Shown here in pieces: positions 27,921 to 35,982 of a stretch of 64,000 nucleotides of DNA (its first letter is position 1; every line of letters starts with the position of its first letter). The notes under the pieces are model-generated. The model made no database searches, had not been told where the DNA came from, and worked only from the letters and a program-made list of their open reading frames with translations. Origin of the DNA: Solirubrobacterales bacterium (GTDB lineage: Bacteria; Actinomycetota; Thermoleophilia; Solirubrobacterales; 70-9); NCBI GenBank assembly GCA_035762685.1, contig DASTNW010000063.1, positions 1,732 to 65,731 on the forward strand, in the 5' to 3' direction. The position numbers were made by a program, and so were the translations under genes.

Positions 27921-28892
27921 TCAGGCGTCGACGAAGACCCGGTCGCGGCCGCCGGCCTTGGCGGCGTAGAGCGCGGCGTCGGCGCGGGCGACGAGGTCGT
28001 CGGTGTCGACCACGTCGGGCTCGGAGACGGCGACGCCGATGCTCACCGTGACCTGGACCCCGACCGGGCGGCGGTCGTGGACCGCCCGGCGCAGCCGCTC
28101 GGCGATCTCGATCGCGTCCTCGCGGTTGGCCCCGGGCAGGCAGACGAGGATCTCCTCGCCGCCGACCCGGTAGATCGAGTCGCCGGCCTGCAGCGCCGCC
28201 CGCATCGTGTAGGCGACGTCCTGCAGGACGGCGTCGCCGGCCGCGTGGCCGAGCCGGTCGTTGACCCGCTTGAAGTGGTCGAGGTCGCAGAGCAGCAACG
28301 CGTGCGAGAGGCCCTCTTCGGGGTTGCAGGGCTGGCCGTTCAGCTCCCCCAGGCGCTGCTCGAGGGCGTTGCGGTTGAAGAGGCCGGTCAGCGGATCGAG
28401 CGTCGAGCGGCGGCGGTGGGCGCGGTCCGACTCGACCAGGGCGCCGGAGAGGATCACGGTGCTGAGGATCAGCGCCAGGGCAGCGATCAGCGCCTGCCGG
28501 TGCTCGAGGGCGGCACCCGGGTCGGGGACGACGGTGCAGGCGGCGAACACGACCAGGATGTAGGCGGTCCCGACCACCATCCCGCGTGGCTCGAAGCGGA
28601 AGCCGAGGGTCACCGCGGGCAGGGCGAACCAGACCAGGACGGGACTGGCCGCCTGGCCGGTGAGCAGGACCGCGGCGGCAAGCAGGGCCGGCAGCGCGGC
28701 CCAGGCGCCGGCGACCCAGACGGCGGGGCGGCTGCTGGCGCGCATGAAACGGTCGGCGACGGCGAAGCCGGCGAGCCCGGCCGCCAGCGGTGCCACCCAC
28801 CACCAGCCGACGTCAGAGGAATCGCCGAGGGCGATCGAGAGGGCGAGGATCGCGAAGCAGGCGGTGCGGTAGCGGCGCACCCGCGTCTCCAT
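27921..28892 (-). CDS. membrane-anchored diguanylate cyclase (GGDEF domain, GGEEI variant)
   Basis: Five or six TM helices, then DPLTGLFNR...LLLCDLDHFKRVND...RVGGEEILVCL...SIGVA. The start is uncertain: ATG 28892 is chosen because the longer track ORF overlaps the pepP-like gene. Confidence 0.8.
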   Translation of the reverse strand: METRVRRYRTACFAILALSIALGDSSDVGWWWVAPLAAGLAGFAVADRFMRASSRPAVWVAGAWAALPALLAAAVLLTGQAASPVLVWFALPAVTLGFRFEPRGMVVGTAYILVVFAACTVVPDPGAALEHRQALIAALALILSTVILSGALVESDRAHRRRSTLDPLTGLFNRNALEQRLGELNGQPCNPEEGLSHALLLCDLDHFKRVNDRLGHAAGDAVLQDVAYTMRAALQAGDSIYRVGGEEILVCLPGANREDAIEIAERLRRAVHDRRPVGVQVTVSIGVAVSEPDVVDTDDLVARADAALYAAKAGGRDRVFVDA

Positions 28893-29073
28893 GTCGAGCA
28901 GGCGCTCGCGGCGCGCCTCCTCGTGGATCGAGACCAGGGTCTCGGGCGCGGGGCGCCGGCGCGAGCGCGCCGGCTTCGATCGCACGGGCAGGAATTGGGC
29001 AGTCACCTCCGCCCCATCGGCCCAGTGCGGGCCGACCCTTAGCCCTGAACCCCCACTGACGAGCCAGGCGTCG

Positions 29074-30132
29074 TCACTCGACCAACTGCAGCTCCTTCGG
29101 CAGACCGCTGAGATTGAGCAGGCCCTCGCTGCCGACGACCACCAGGTCCTCGGTCCTGACGCCGAGCTCCCCCGGCAGGTAGATCCCGGGCTCGACCGTG
29201 ACCACCTCGCCGGGCTCGAGGACGTCCTCGGAGCGCTGCGCGAGCCGCGGTCCCTCGTGGACCTCCAGGCCCACCCCGTGGCCGAGGGCGTGGCCGAAGC
29301 GCTCGCCGTAGCCGGCCTCGTCGATGACCCGGCGGGCGACCGCGTCGAGCGCCTCGCCGCTGGCCCCGGCGGCGATCTGCTCGAGCGCCGCGACCTGCGC
29401 CCGCAGCACGACCTCGTAGACCTCACGGGCGGCTTCCCCCGGCTCGCCGACGGCGTAGGTACGGGTGCCGTCGGAGCAGTAGCCGTCGACCTTCGCCCCC
29501 ATGTCGAAGACGACCAGCTCGCCGCGGCCGATCTGGCGCTCACCCGGCTCGGCGTGCGGCAGGGCGCCGTTGGGACCGGCGGCGACGATCGCCGGGAAGG
29601 AGGGCTCGGCGCCGAGCTCGCGGACCCGCGCTTCGGCGGCGCGGGCGACGTCGCGCTCGCTGCGCCCGCCGAGGCCGCGTTCGAGGCTCCAGCCCCAGAC
29701 CTCGTCGGCCAGCGCCGAGGCCGCGGCGATCGCCGCCTGCTCCTCCTCGTCCTTGACCTGGCGCAGGCGCTCGACCGTGCCGCCGGCCGCGACCGGCTCG
29801 ACCCCCCCGGCCAGCTTCTCTTCGAGTTTCCCCAGGTTGCGGACCGGCATCTTGTCGTCTTCGAAGCCGACCCTGCCGGAGAGATGCGCGGCGATGCCGC
29901 CGACCCAGTCGTCCCTGAGGGTGATCGTCTCCCAGTCGCTCACTTCGGTGGCGGCGCGCTCGGTGTAGCGAAAGTCGGTGAAGAAGAGGCGAGTCCCCGG
30001 CCCGCAGACGCAGGCCCCGTTGGAGCCGGTGAACCCGGTCAGGTAGCGGACGTTGGTCAGGTCCGTGACCAGCATCCGCTCCAGTTCGCGCTCGGCCAGC
30101 AGGCGCTCGAGCCGGTCGCCGCGCCCCCGCAT
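29074..30132 (-). CDS. Xaa-Pro aminopeptidase (M24B)
   Basis: Creatinase-like N-domain plus the metal ligands of M24 (VFDMGAKVDGYCSD, HALGHGVGLEVHE, VVTVEPGIY). ATG 30132 overlaps the aroQ stop (ATGA). Confidence 0.85.
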   Translation of the reverse strand: MRGRGDRLERLLAERELERMLVTDLTNVRYLTGFTGSNGACVCGPGTRLFFTDFRYTERAATEVSDWETITLRDDWVGGIAAHLSGRVGFEDDKMPVRNLGKLEEKLAGGVEPVAAGGTVERLRQVKDEEEQAAIAAASALADEVWGWSLERGLGGRSERDVARAAEARVRELGAEPSFPAIVAAGPNGALPHAEPGERQIGRGELVVFDMGAKVDGYCSDGTRTYAVGEPGEAAREVYEVVLRAQVAALEQIAAGASGEALDAVARRVIDEAGYGERFGHALGHGVGLEVHEGPRLAQRSEDVLEPGEVVTVEPGIYLPGELGVRTEDLVVVGSEGLLNLSGLPKELQLVE

Positions 30133-30587
30133 CAGGGGCCGACGCCGAGCTCGCCGGCGAGCAGCCGCAGCGCCTCGCGGTAGCCGTCCGGGCCCTTGCC
30201 GGAGATCTTCGCCAGCACCAGGCCGTCGAAGACGGACTCGCGGCGCCACTCGTCGCGGCCCTCGACGTCGGAGAGGTGGACCTCGACCGCCGGCAGCCGG
30301 GCGACGTCGAGCGCGTCGGCGATCGCACGGCTGTAGTGGGTCCAGGCGCCGGCGTTGACCAGGGCCGAGTCGGCGAGGTCGGGCAGGCGGTGCAGGTACT
30401 CGACGAACTCGCCCTCGTGGTTGGTCTGGAAGAAGATCGGTTCCAGGCCCAACTCGCGCGCCCACTCGGAGATCCGCTGCTCGAGCTGGGTCAGCGAAAG
30501 GCCGCCGTAGACCGACGCGTCACGGCACTCGAGGACGTCGAAGTTGACCCCGTGCAGGACGGCGACGCGGTTGCTGACGGCGCTCAC
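30132..30587 (-). CDS. aroQ: type II 3-dehydroquinate dehydratase
   Basis: VAVLHGVNFDVLE...IFFQTNHEGEFVEYLH...HLSDVEGRDEWRRESV. GTG 30587 overlaps the aroB stop (GTGA). The rest of the 492-aa track ORF is rejected. Confidence 0.9.
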   Translation of the reverse strand: MSAVSNRVAVLHGVNFDVLECRDASVYGGLSLTQLEQRISEWARELGLEPIFFQTNHEGEFVEYLHRLPDLADSALVNAGAWTHYSRAIADALDVARLPAVEVHLSDVEGRDEWRRESVFDGLVLAKISGKGPDGYREALRLLAGELGVGP

Positions 30588-32125
30588 GGGCACAACTCTT
30601 CCACGGCGGCGCGGACGGCGCCGGGATCGACCAGCTGCCCGGTCCGGGGCTGTCCGGGCTCGGAGAGCAGGACGAAGCCGACGCCGGCGGCGGTGCGCTT
30701 CTTGTCGCGCTGGAGCGCGTCGAGGACGGCGTCGACGTCGACGCCGGGGTCGAGGCGGACCGGCAGCCCGTGGCGGCGCAGAATCTCCTCGCTCTCCCCG
30801 CGCAGGTCGGGCGCGTCGGAGAGGCGCAGGGCCGCGAGCAGGCCGAGGGCGACGGCCTCGCCGTGGCGGTAGGTCTGATAGCCGGTCGCCGCCTCGATCG
30901 CGTGGCCGACGGTATGGCCGAGGTTGAGGACGTTGCGGAGGCCGCCGTCGCGCTCGTCGTCGGCGACGACCTCGCACTTGTAGCGGGCGCAGGCGAAGAC
31001 GACGTCGTCGAGGCCGGCGGGGTCGAGCGTCTCGATCCCCCGCACCCGCCCCCAGAGCGCGCCGCCGGCGAGCAGGCCGGTCTTCAGGGCCTCGACGAAG
31101 CCCGCCGCCAGCTCCGGCGGCGGCAGCGTGGCCAGCGTCCCGGTGTCGGCGAGGACCGCGGCCGGCAGGTGGTAGGCGCCGGCGTAGTTCTTGCCCTGCG
31201 GCAGGTCGACACCGGTCTTGCCGCCGTAGGCGGAGTCGACCTGGGCCACCAGCGTGGTCGGCACCTGCACCACCGGCACACCGCGCTGGTAGAGGTGGGC
31301 ACAGAGCCCGACGAGGTCGCCGACGACGCCGCCCCCGAGCGCGACCAGGTGGTCCTCGCGGGTCATGCCGGCTGCGGCGAGCGCTTCCAGCACCGTCGCC
31401 GCCTCGGCCATCGTCTTCGCGCCCTCGCCCGGAGGCACCCCGACCCGCCCCGCGAGCGGCTCCAGGCGGTCTGCGTAGAGCTCCATCGCCGTCTCGTCGG
31501 AGACGCAGAAGCGACGGCCCGTCAGCGGCCCCCACGGCTCGCCGGCGAGCGACTCGAGCAGGCCGGGGCCGACGTAGATCGGGTACTCGCCCGACTCGCT
31601 CGCCGCCCACAGCAGCTTCGTGCCGGCCGGGAGATCGGTCAGCGCCTGCAGCGCCGGCAGCGCCCGGTAGACCATCGCCCGCTCGCCCATCGGCACCACC
31701 GCGTCGGCCAGCTCCTCGTAGAGCGGTTCGCGTCCGGCGAGCAGGCGTTCGACGTCCTCGACGCCGGTTGCCAGCGGCCGGTCGCTGCCGGCGATCCGGC
31801 GCCAGGCCTCCCTCGCCTCGACCCGCAGCCAGACGACGACGTGGCGGCCGAGGGCGGCGCGGACCCGCTCGGAGAGGACGCTGCCGCCGCCGAGGGCGAT
31901 CGCGCCGCCATCGGCGCTCTCCAGCAACGAGCCGACGACCTCCGCCTCGCGGTCCCGGAAGCCCTCCTCGCCGTGCTGCTCGAAGGCCGCGCGGATCGGC
32001 ATCCCGAACTCGCGCTCCATCAGCTCGTCGATCTCGGTCGTCTCCAGGCCGGCCTCGCCCGCGGCGGCGAGCGCGGTGCTCTTGCCCGCCCCCATGAAGC
32101 CGATGAAGACCAGCGCCGGCCTCAT
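30584..32125 (-). CDS. aroK-aroB: bifunctional shikimate kinase / 3-dehydroquinate synthase
   Basis: N-terminal Walker A FIGFMGAGKST plus a shikimate kinase core (~165 aa), continuous with the AroB core (LGGGVVGDLVG, NLGHTVGHAIE). Confidence 0.9.
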   Translation of the reverse strand: MRPALVFIGFMGAGKSTALAAAGEAGLETTEIDELMEREFGMPIRAAFEQHGEEGFRDREAEVVGSLLESADGGAIALGGGSVLSERVRAALGRHVVVWLRVEAREAWRRIAGSDRPLATGVEDVERLLAGREPLYEELADAVVPMGERAMVYRALPALQALTDLPAGTKLLWAASESGEYPIYVGPGLLESLAGEPWGPLTGRRFCVSDETAMELYADRLEPLAGRVGVPPGEGAKTMAEAATVLEALAAAGMTREDHLVALGGGVVGDLVGLCAHLYQRGVPVVQVPTTLVAQVDSAYGGKTGVDLPQGKNYAGAYHLPAAVLADTGTLATLPPPELAAGFVEALKTGLLAGGALWGRVRGIETLDPAGLDDVVFACARYKCEVVADDERDGGLRNVLNLGHTVGHAIEAATGYQTYRHGEAVALGLLAALRLSDAPDLRGESEEILRRHGLPVRLDPGVDVDAVLDALQRDKKRTAAGVGFVLLSEPGQPRTGQLVDPGAVRAAVEELCP

Positions 32126-32129
32126 CGGC

Positions 32130-33299
32130 TCAGCCCCTGGAGTCGATGCGCCGGCGGTAGGCGTCGACGGCGGCGAGGACGTCGTCGATGTGGTCGCCGC
32201 CGAACTTCTCGCGGTAGCAGCGAGCGAGGGTAAGCGCCACCATCGCCTCGGCGACGACGGCAGCGGCGGGGACGACGGTCGAGTCGGTGCGCTCGCGCAG
32301 CGCCTGCGCCGGCTGCTTGGTCTCGGTGTCGACCGAGCGCAGCGGCTTGGTCAGGGTGGAGATTGGCTTGATCGCGGCCCGGACCGAGAGCGGCTGGCCG
32401 TTGGTCATCCCGCCCTCGAGCCCACCGGCGTGGTTGGTCTCGCGGAAGTAGCCGTCCTTCTCGGACCAGAAGATCTCGTCGTGGGCCTCCGAGCCGGGAC
32501 GGCCGGCGACGTCCCAGGCCTCGCCGATCGAGACGCCCTTGACCGACTGGATCGAGGCGACGGCGCCGGCGAGACGACCGTCGAGCCGGTCTTCCCAGGA
32601 GATGTGCGAGCCGAGGCCCGGGACGAGGCCGAAGACGCGCACCTCGAAGGTGCCGCCGAGGCTCTCGTTGGCCTTGCGCAGGCGGTTGATCTCCGCGACC
32701 ATCGCTTTGCTCGCCTCCGGGTCGAGGCAGCGGACGGGGTCGTCGTCGACAGCGGCGAAGTCGGCGGGCGCGAGGTCGTCGCGCTCGGCCGCCCTGACCG
32801 AGGCGATCTGGGTGACGTGACTGTAGATCTCGACCCCGAGCGCGGCGAGGAAGCCGCGGGCGATCGTGCCGGCGGCGACGCGGGCCGCGGTCTCGCGGGC
32901 GCTGGCTCGCTCGAGCACGTTGCGGATGTCGGTGTGGCCGTATTTCTGGGCGCCGACCAGGTCGGCGTGCCCCGGGCGCGGCAGGTGCACCTCGTCCGGC
33001 TCGAACCCCTCGACCGGCCAGGGGTTCATCCGCTCCTCCCAGTTGGCGTAGTCGCGGTTGGCGACGAGGATCGCGATCGGGCTACCGAGCGTGCGACCGT
33101 GGCGCACGCCGGAGCGGACCTCGGCGGTGTCGGTCTCGATCCGCATCCGGCCACCGCGACCGTGGCCGAGCTGGCGCCGCGCCATGTCGCGGTCGAGCGC
33201 CTCGCGGTGGAGCTCGAGCCCGGCCGGCACGCCCTCGACGATCGCCACGAGCCCCGGCCCGTGCGACTCCCCCGCGGTGGTGAAACGGAACGTCGTCAT
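32130..33299 (-). CDS. aroC: chorismate synthase
   Basis: FRFTTAGESHGPGLVAIVEGVPAG...GRGGRMRIE...ERASARETAARV are the canonical AroC motifs. Confidence 0.95.
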   Translation of the reverse strand: MTTFRFTTAGESHGPGLVAIVEGVPAGLELHREALDRDMARRQLGHGRGGRMRIETDTAEVRSGVRHGRTLGSPIAILVANRDYANWEERMNPWPVEGFEPDEVHLPRPGHADLVGAQKYGHTDIRNVLERASARETAARVAAGTIARGFLAALGVEIYSHVTQIASVRAAERDDLAPADFAAVDDDPVRCLDPEASKAMVAEINRLRKANESLGGTFEVRVFGLVPGLGSHISWEDRLDGRLAGAVASIQSVKGVSIGEAWDVAGRPGSEAHDEIFWSEKDGYFRETNHAGGLEGGMTNGQPLSVRAAIKPISTLTKPLRSVDTETKQPAQALRERTDSTVVPAAAVVAEAMVALTLARCYREKFGGDHIDDVLAAVDAYRRRIDSRG

Positions 33300-33374
33300 C
33301 GCGCCCCAAGGCTATAGGCGCGCCGATCGCTGAGTTGAGCACCCGGGAGCGTGTCCAACTCAGCGATCACGCCG

Positions 33375-34166
33375 TCAGGTACGGGCGGCGGCGCGCATCG
33401 CCGCGATCGGGGGCTCGCGGCCGGTCCAGATGCGCAAGGAGAGGGCGCCCTGTTGGACAAGGACCTCGATCCCGTCGACCGGCGTCGCGCCGGCGGCCTC
33501 GGCGGCGCGCAGCAGTGGGCTCGGCGCATCGCCGTAGACCATGTCGACCACGATCTGCCCGGCGCGGAAGTCGTCCGGGGGCAGTGGCAGGTCCGCGAAC
33601 GGGTCGCCGCCGCCGAGACCGGCGGCGCTGGTGTTGACGACCAACTCGTAGTCCCCTGCCTCCGGCTCGGCAACCGGGCTGCCCCCCAGCTCGGCGCAGA
33701 GCTCCTCGGCCCGTCGTCGCGTCCGATTCCAGACGTCGACCGTCGCCCCCTCTCGCCCCAGGGCCCAGAGCACGGCGCGAGCCGCGCCACCGGCCCCGAG
33801 CACCAGCGCCCGCTTGCCGCCCGCGGGCCCCGGCAGCGCCGCCAGGAAGCCGTCGGCGTCGGTGTTGTGGGCGCCGATGCCACCCGCCGCGAAGACGAGG
33901 GTGTTGGCTGCCCCGATCTCCCGCGCGACCTCGCTCGGGGCGTCGGCCAGCGCCAGCGCCGCCCGCTTGTGGGGGACGGTGACGTTGGCGCCGGCGAAGT
34001 CCGCGGCGGCCATCGTCCGCACCTGGGCCTCGAAGTCCTCGGGGGCGACGTCGATCGCCTCGTAGCTCCACTCCTCCCCCAGCCCGAGCTGCGCCAGCGC
34101 CGCGCTCTGCATCTGCGGCGAGCGCGAGTGGGCGACGGGGTGGCCGAGGACCGCCAGGCGCGCCAC
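33375..34166 (-). CDS. aroE: shikimate dehydrogenase
   Basis: LGHPVAHSRSPQMQ, GANVTVPHK, NTD..G, LVLGAGGAARA. Confidence 0.85.
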   Translation of the reverse strand: MARLAVLGHPVAHSRSPQMQSAALAQLGLGEEWSYEAIDVAPEDFEAQVRTMAAADFAGANVTVPHKRAALALADAPSEVAREIGAANTLVFAAGGIGAHNTDADGFLAALPGPAGGKRALVLGAGGAARAVLWALGREGATVDVWNRTRRRAEELCAELGGSPVAEPEAGDYELVVNTSAAGLGGGDPFADLPLPPDDFRAGQIVVDMVYGDAPSPLLRAAEAAGATPVDGIEVLVQQGALSLRIWTGREPPIAAMRAAART

Positions 34167-34169
34167 TCG

Positions 34170-35561
34170 CTATTCCCCGCAGGTGTCGGGCTCGTTGCCG
34201 CCAGCCGCTTCGCGGGCCGCGTTGTAGCGAGCGACGTCGGCTTCGAATTCGGCTTCGGTCGTGGAGAAGGCGAGCTTCCCGCACGTCCCCGGCTGGTTCA
34301 CGTAGAAGAGGTAGTCGCTTCTGGCCGGGTGGGCGGCGGCCTCGATCGCGTCGAGCCCGGGGCTGTTGATCGGGCCCGGCGGCAGGCCGGCGTTGAGGCG
34401 CGTGTTGTAGGGCGAGTCCACGGCCAGCTCCGATTCGGTCAGCGGCTCGGTGTAGTTGCCGGTGGCGAAGCGGATCGTCGCGTCGATTCCCAGCGGCATC
34501 CCTTCGTGCAATCGGTTGTAGACGACGGCGGCGACCTGCTTGCGCTGACCCGGGACGCCGGCCTCGTCCTCGACCAGCGAGGCGATGATCAGGACGTCGT
34601 AGGTCGTCAGGTTCTTCGAACGGGCGTATCCCATGTCGACCCCCTTGATCCGCCGCTTGAAGTCCTGAAGCTGCAACTGGACGAGGTCGGCCACCGGCGC
34701 CGCCGGCTTCATCTCGAAGGTATCGGGGAAGAGGAAGCCCTCGAGGTCCTTGGCGTCCTTGCCGCCGTATTTAGCGGGGTCGAGGTACGGCGAGCGCACG
34801 GTCTCCGCCGTGTAGTCCCCCTTCAGCCCCAGTTCCTCGACCAGTTGCGCCGCCTGCGCGCGGCTGTAGCCCTCGGGGACAGTGACCGTCGTCGTGCGCT
34901 TGACCGGTGGCTGGGAAAGCGCGTCGATGGCGGCGCCGTAGGACATCCCCTCGGCCAGCGTGTAGCGCCCGGGGTACAGCTCGGAGCGCTTGCCGGCGAT
35001 CGTGACGCGGAGCTGGAACATGGTCGAGCTGTCGATCACGCCCTTTTCGCCGAGCAGGTCGCCGACCTCGCTGACGCTGGCGCCTTTGGGGACGGCAACC
35101 ACGACCCGACCCGACCCGTCGCCGTGGAAGGGCTGGAAGAGGGCGAAGAGGAACCAGGCGAGGAAGAGGGCGGCGAGCGCAGCGAAGACGCGGAACGGGT
35201 GGCGGCGCAGAGCGCCGAGCGGGTGGCGGCGGCCGCCGGGCCCCGGCGGCCGCCCGTTGCCGCCGGCGGGCGCGTGGAACACCGGCTGCTGGGCTGATTT
35301 CGGGGCCGGCGGTGCCGATTCCGGCCCCTCGGCCACCGGGTCTTCGTCCCAGAACTCCTGCTCGGACGTGCGGGGCGGCGATGGTGGCGGCGGGGGACTC
35401 ACCTCGGGCGGGGAAGGCGTCGGAGTGGCAGCCTCTTCGCCCTGCTTCGCCTCGCGCTGGCGGCGGCGCTCTTCGCGCTCGCGGCGGCGCTGCTCGCGCT
35501 CGCGGGCGGCGGGGTCGTCGGCGTCGGCGAAGGGGTCGCCGCCCAGCCAGTCCTCACTCAT
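34170..35561 (-). CDS. mltG: endolytic murein transglycosylase MltG (YceG-like) with long low-complexity N-terminus
   Basis: TM helix FRVFAALAALFLAWFLFALF, the YceG core, and the hallmark LPPGPINSPG. N-terminal ~130 aa are Pro/Glu/Arg-rich. Confidence 0.8.
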   Translation of the reverse strand: MSEDWLGGDPFADADDPAAREREQRRREREERRRQREAKQGEEAATPTPSPPEVSPPPPPSPPRTSEQEFWDEDPVAEGPESAPPAPKSAQQPVFHAPAGGNGRPPGPGGRRHPLGALRRHPFRVFAALAALFLAWFLFALFQPFHGDGSGRVVVAVPKGASVSEVGDLLGEKGVIDSSTMFQLRVTIAGKRSELYPGRYTLAEGMSYGAAIDALSQPPVKRTTTVTVPEGYSRAQAAQLVEELGLKGDYTAETVRSPYLDPAKYGGKDAKDLEGFLFPDTFEMKPAAPVADLVQLQLQDFKRRIKGVDMGYARSKNLTTYDVLIIASLVEDEAGVPGQRKQVAAVVYNRLHEGMPLGIDATIRFATGNYTEPLTESELAVDSPYNTRLNAGLPPGPINSPGLDAIEAAAHPARSDYLFYVNQPGTCGKLAFSTTEAEFEADVARYNAAREAAGGNEPDTCGE

Positions 35562-35979
35562 CGCCCGGCTCCGCCGTCCTCGGGGTCGCTTCTTCGATCG
35601 CCGCCGCCCCGGCCAGGTAGGCCTCGAGCAGGTGCGCGGCGGCGAGCGAGTCGGGCGCCGCGGCGGCGCCCGCGCGGCGGCTGATCTCCGCCATCCGCGT
35701 CGTCAACCGCTCGTCGTAGGTCTCGACCGGGACCGGCAGCAGCGCCTCCAGCTCGGCGCAGAAGCCGCGCGCGAGGGCCGCCTGGCTCCCTTCCTCGCCG
35801 CTCAGGTGCAGGGGCAGGCCGACGACCACCCTCTCGACGCCGTGCTCGGCGACGATCTCGGCCACCAGCTTCGCCTCCGGCGGTTCGATCACCGGCAGCG
35901 GCGTCGCCAGGGTGCCGGTCGGGTCGGAGATCGCGCAACCGATGCGGGCCGTGCCGTGGTCGAGGGCGAGCACGCGCAC
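35554..35979 (-). CDS. ruvX: Holliday-junction-resolvase-like nuclease RuvX (YqgF)
   Basis: MRVLALDHGTARIGCAISDPTG...VVGLPLHLSGEEG...DERLTT. Confidence 0.85.
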   Translation of the reverse strand: MRVLALDHGTARIGCAISDPTGTLATPLPVIEPPEAKLVAEIVAEHGVERVVVGLPLHLSGEEGSQAALARGFCAELEALLPVPVETYDERLTTRMAEISRRAGAAAAPDSLAAAHLLEAYLAGAAAIEEATPRTAEPGDE

Positions 35980-35982
35980 GGC

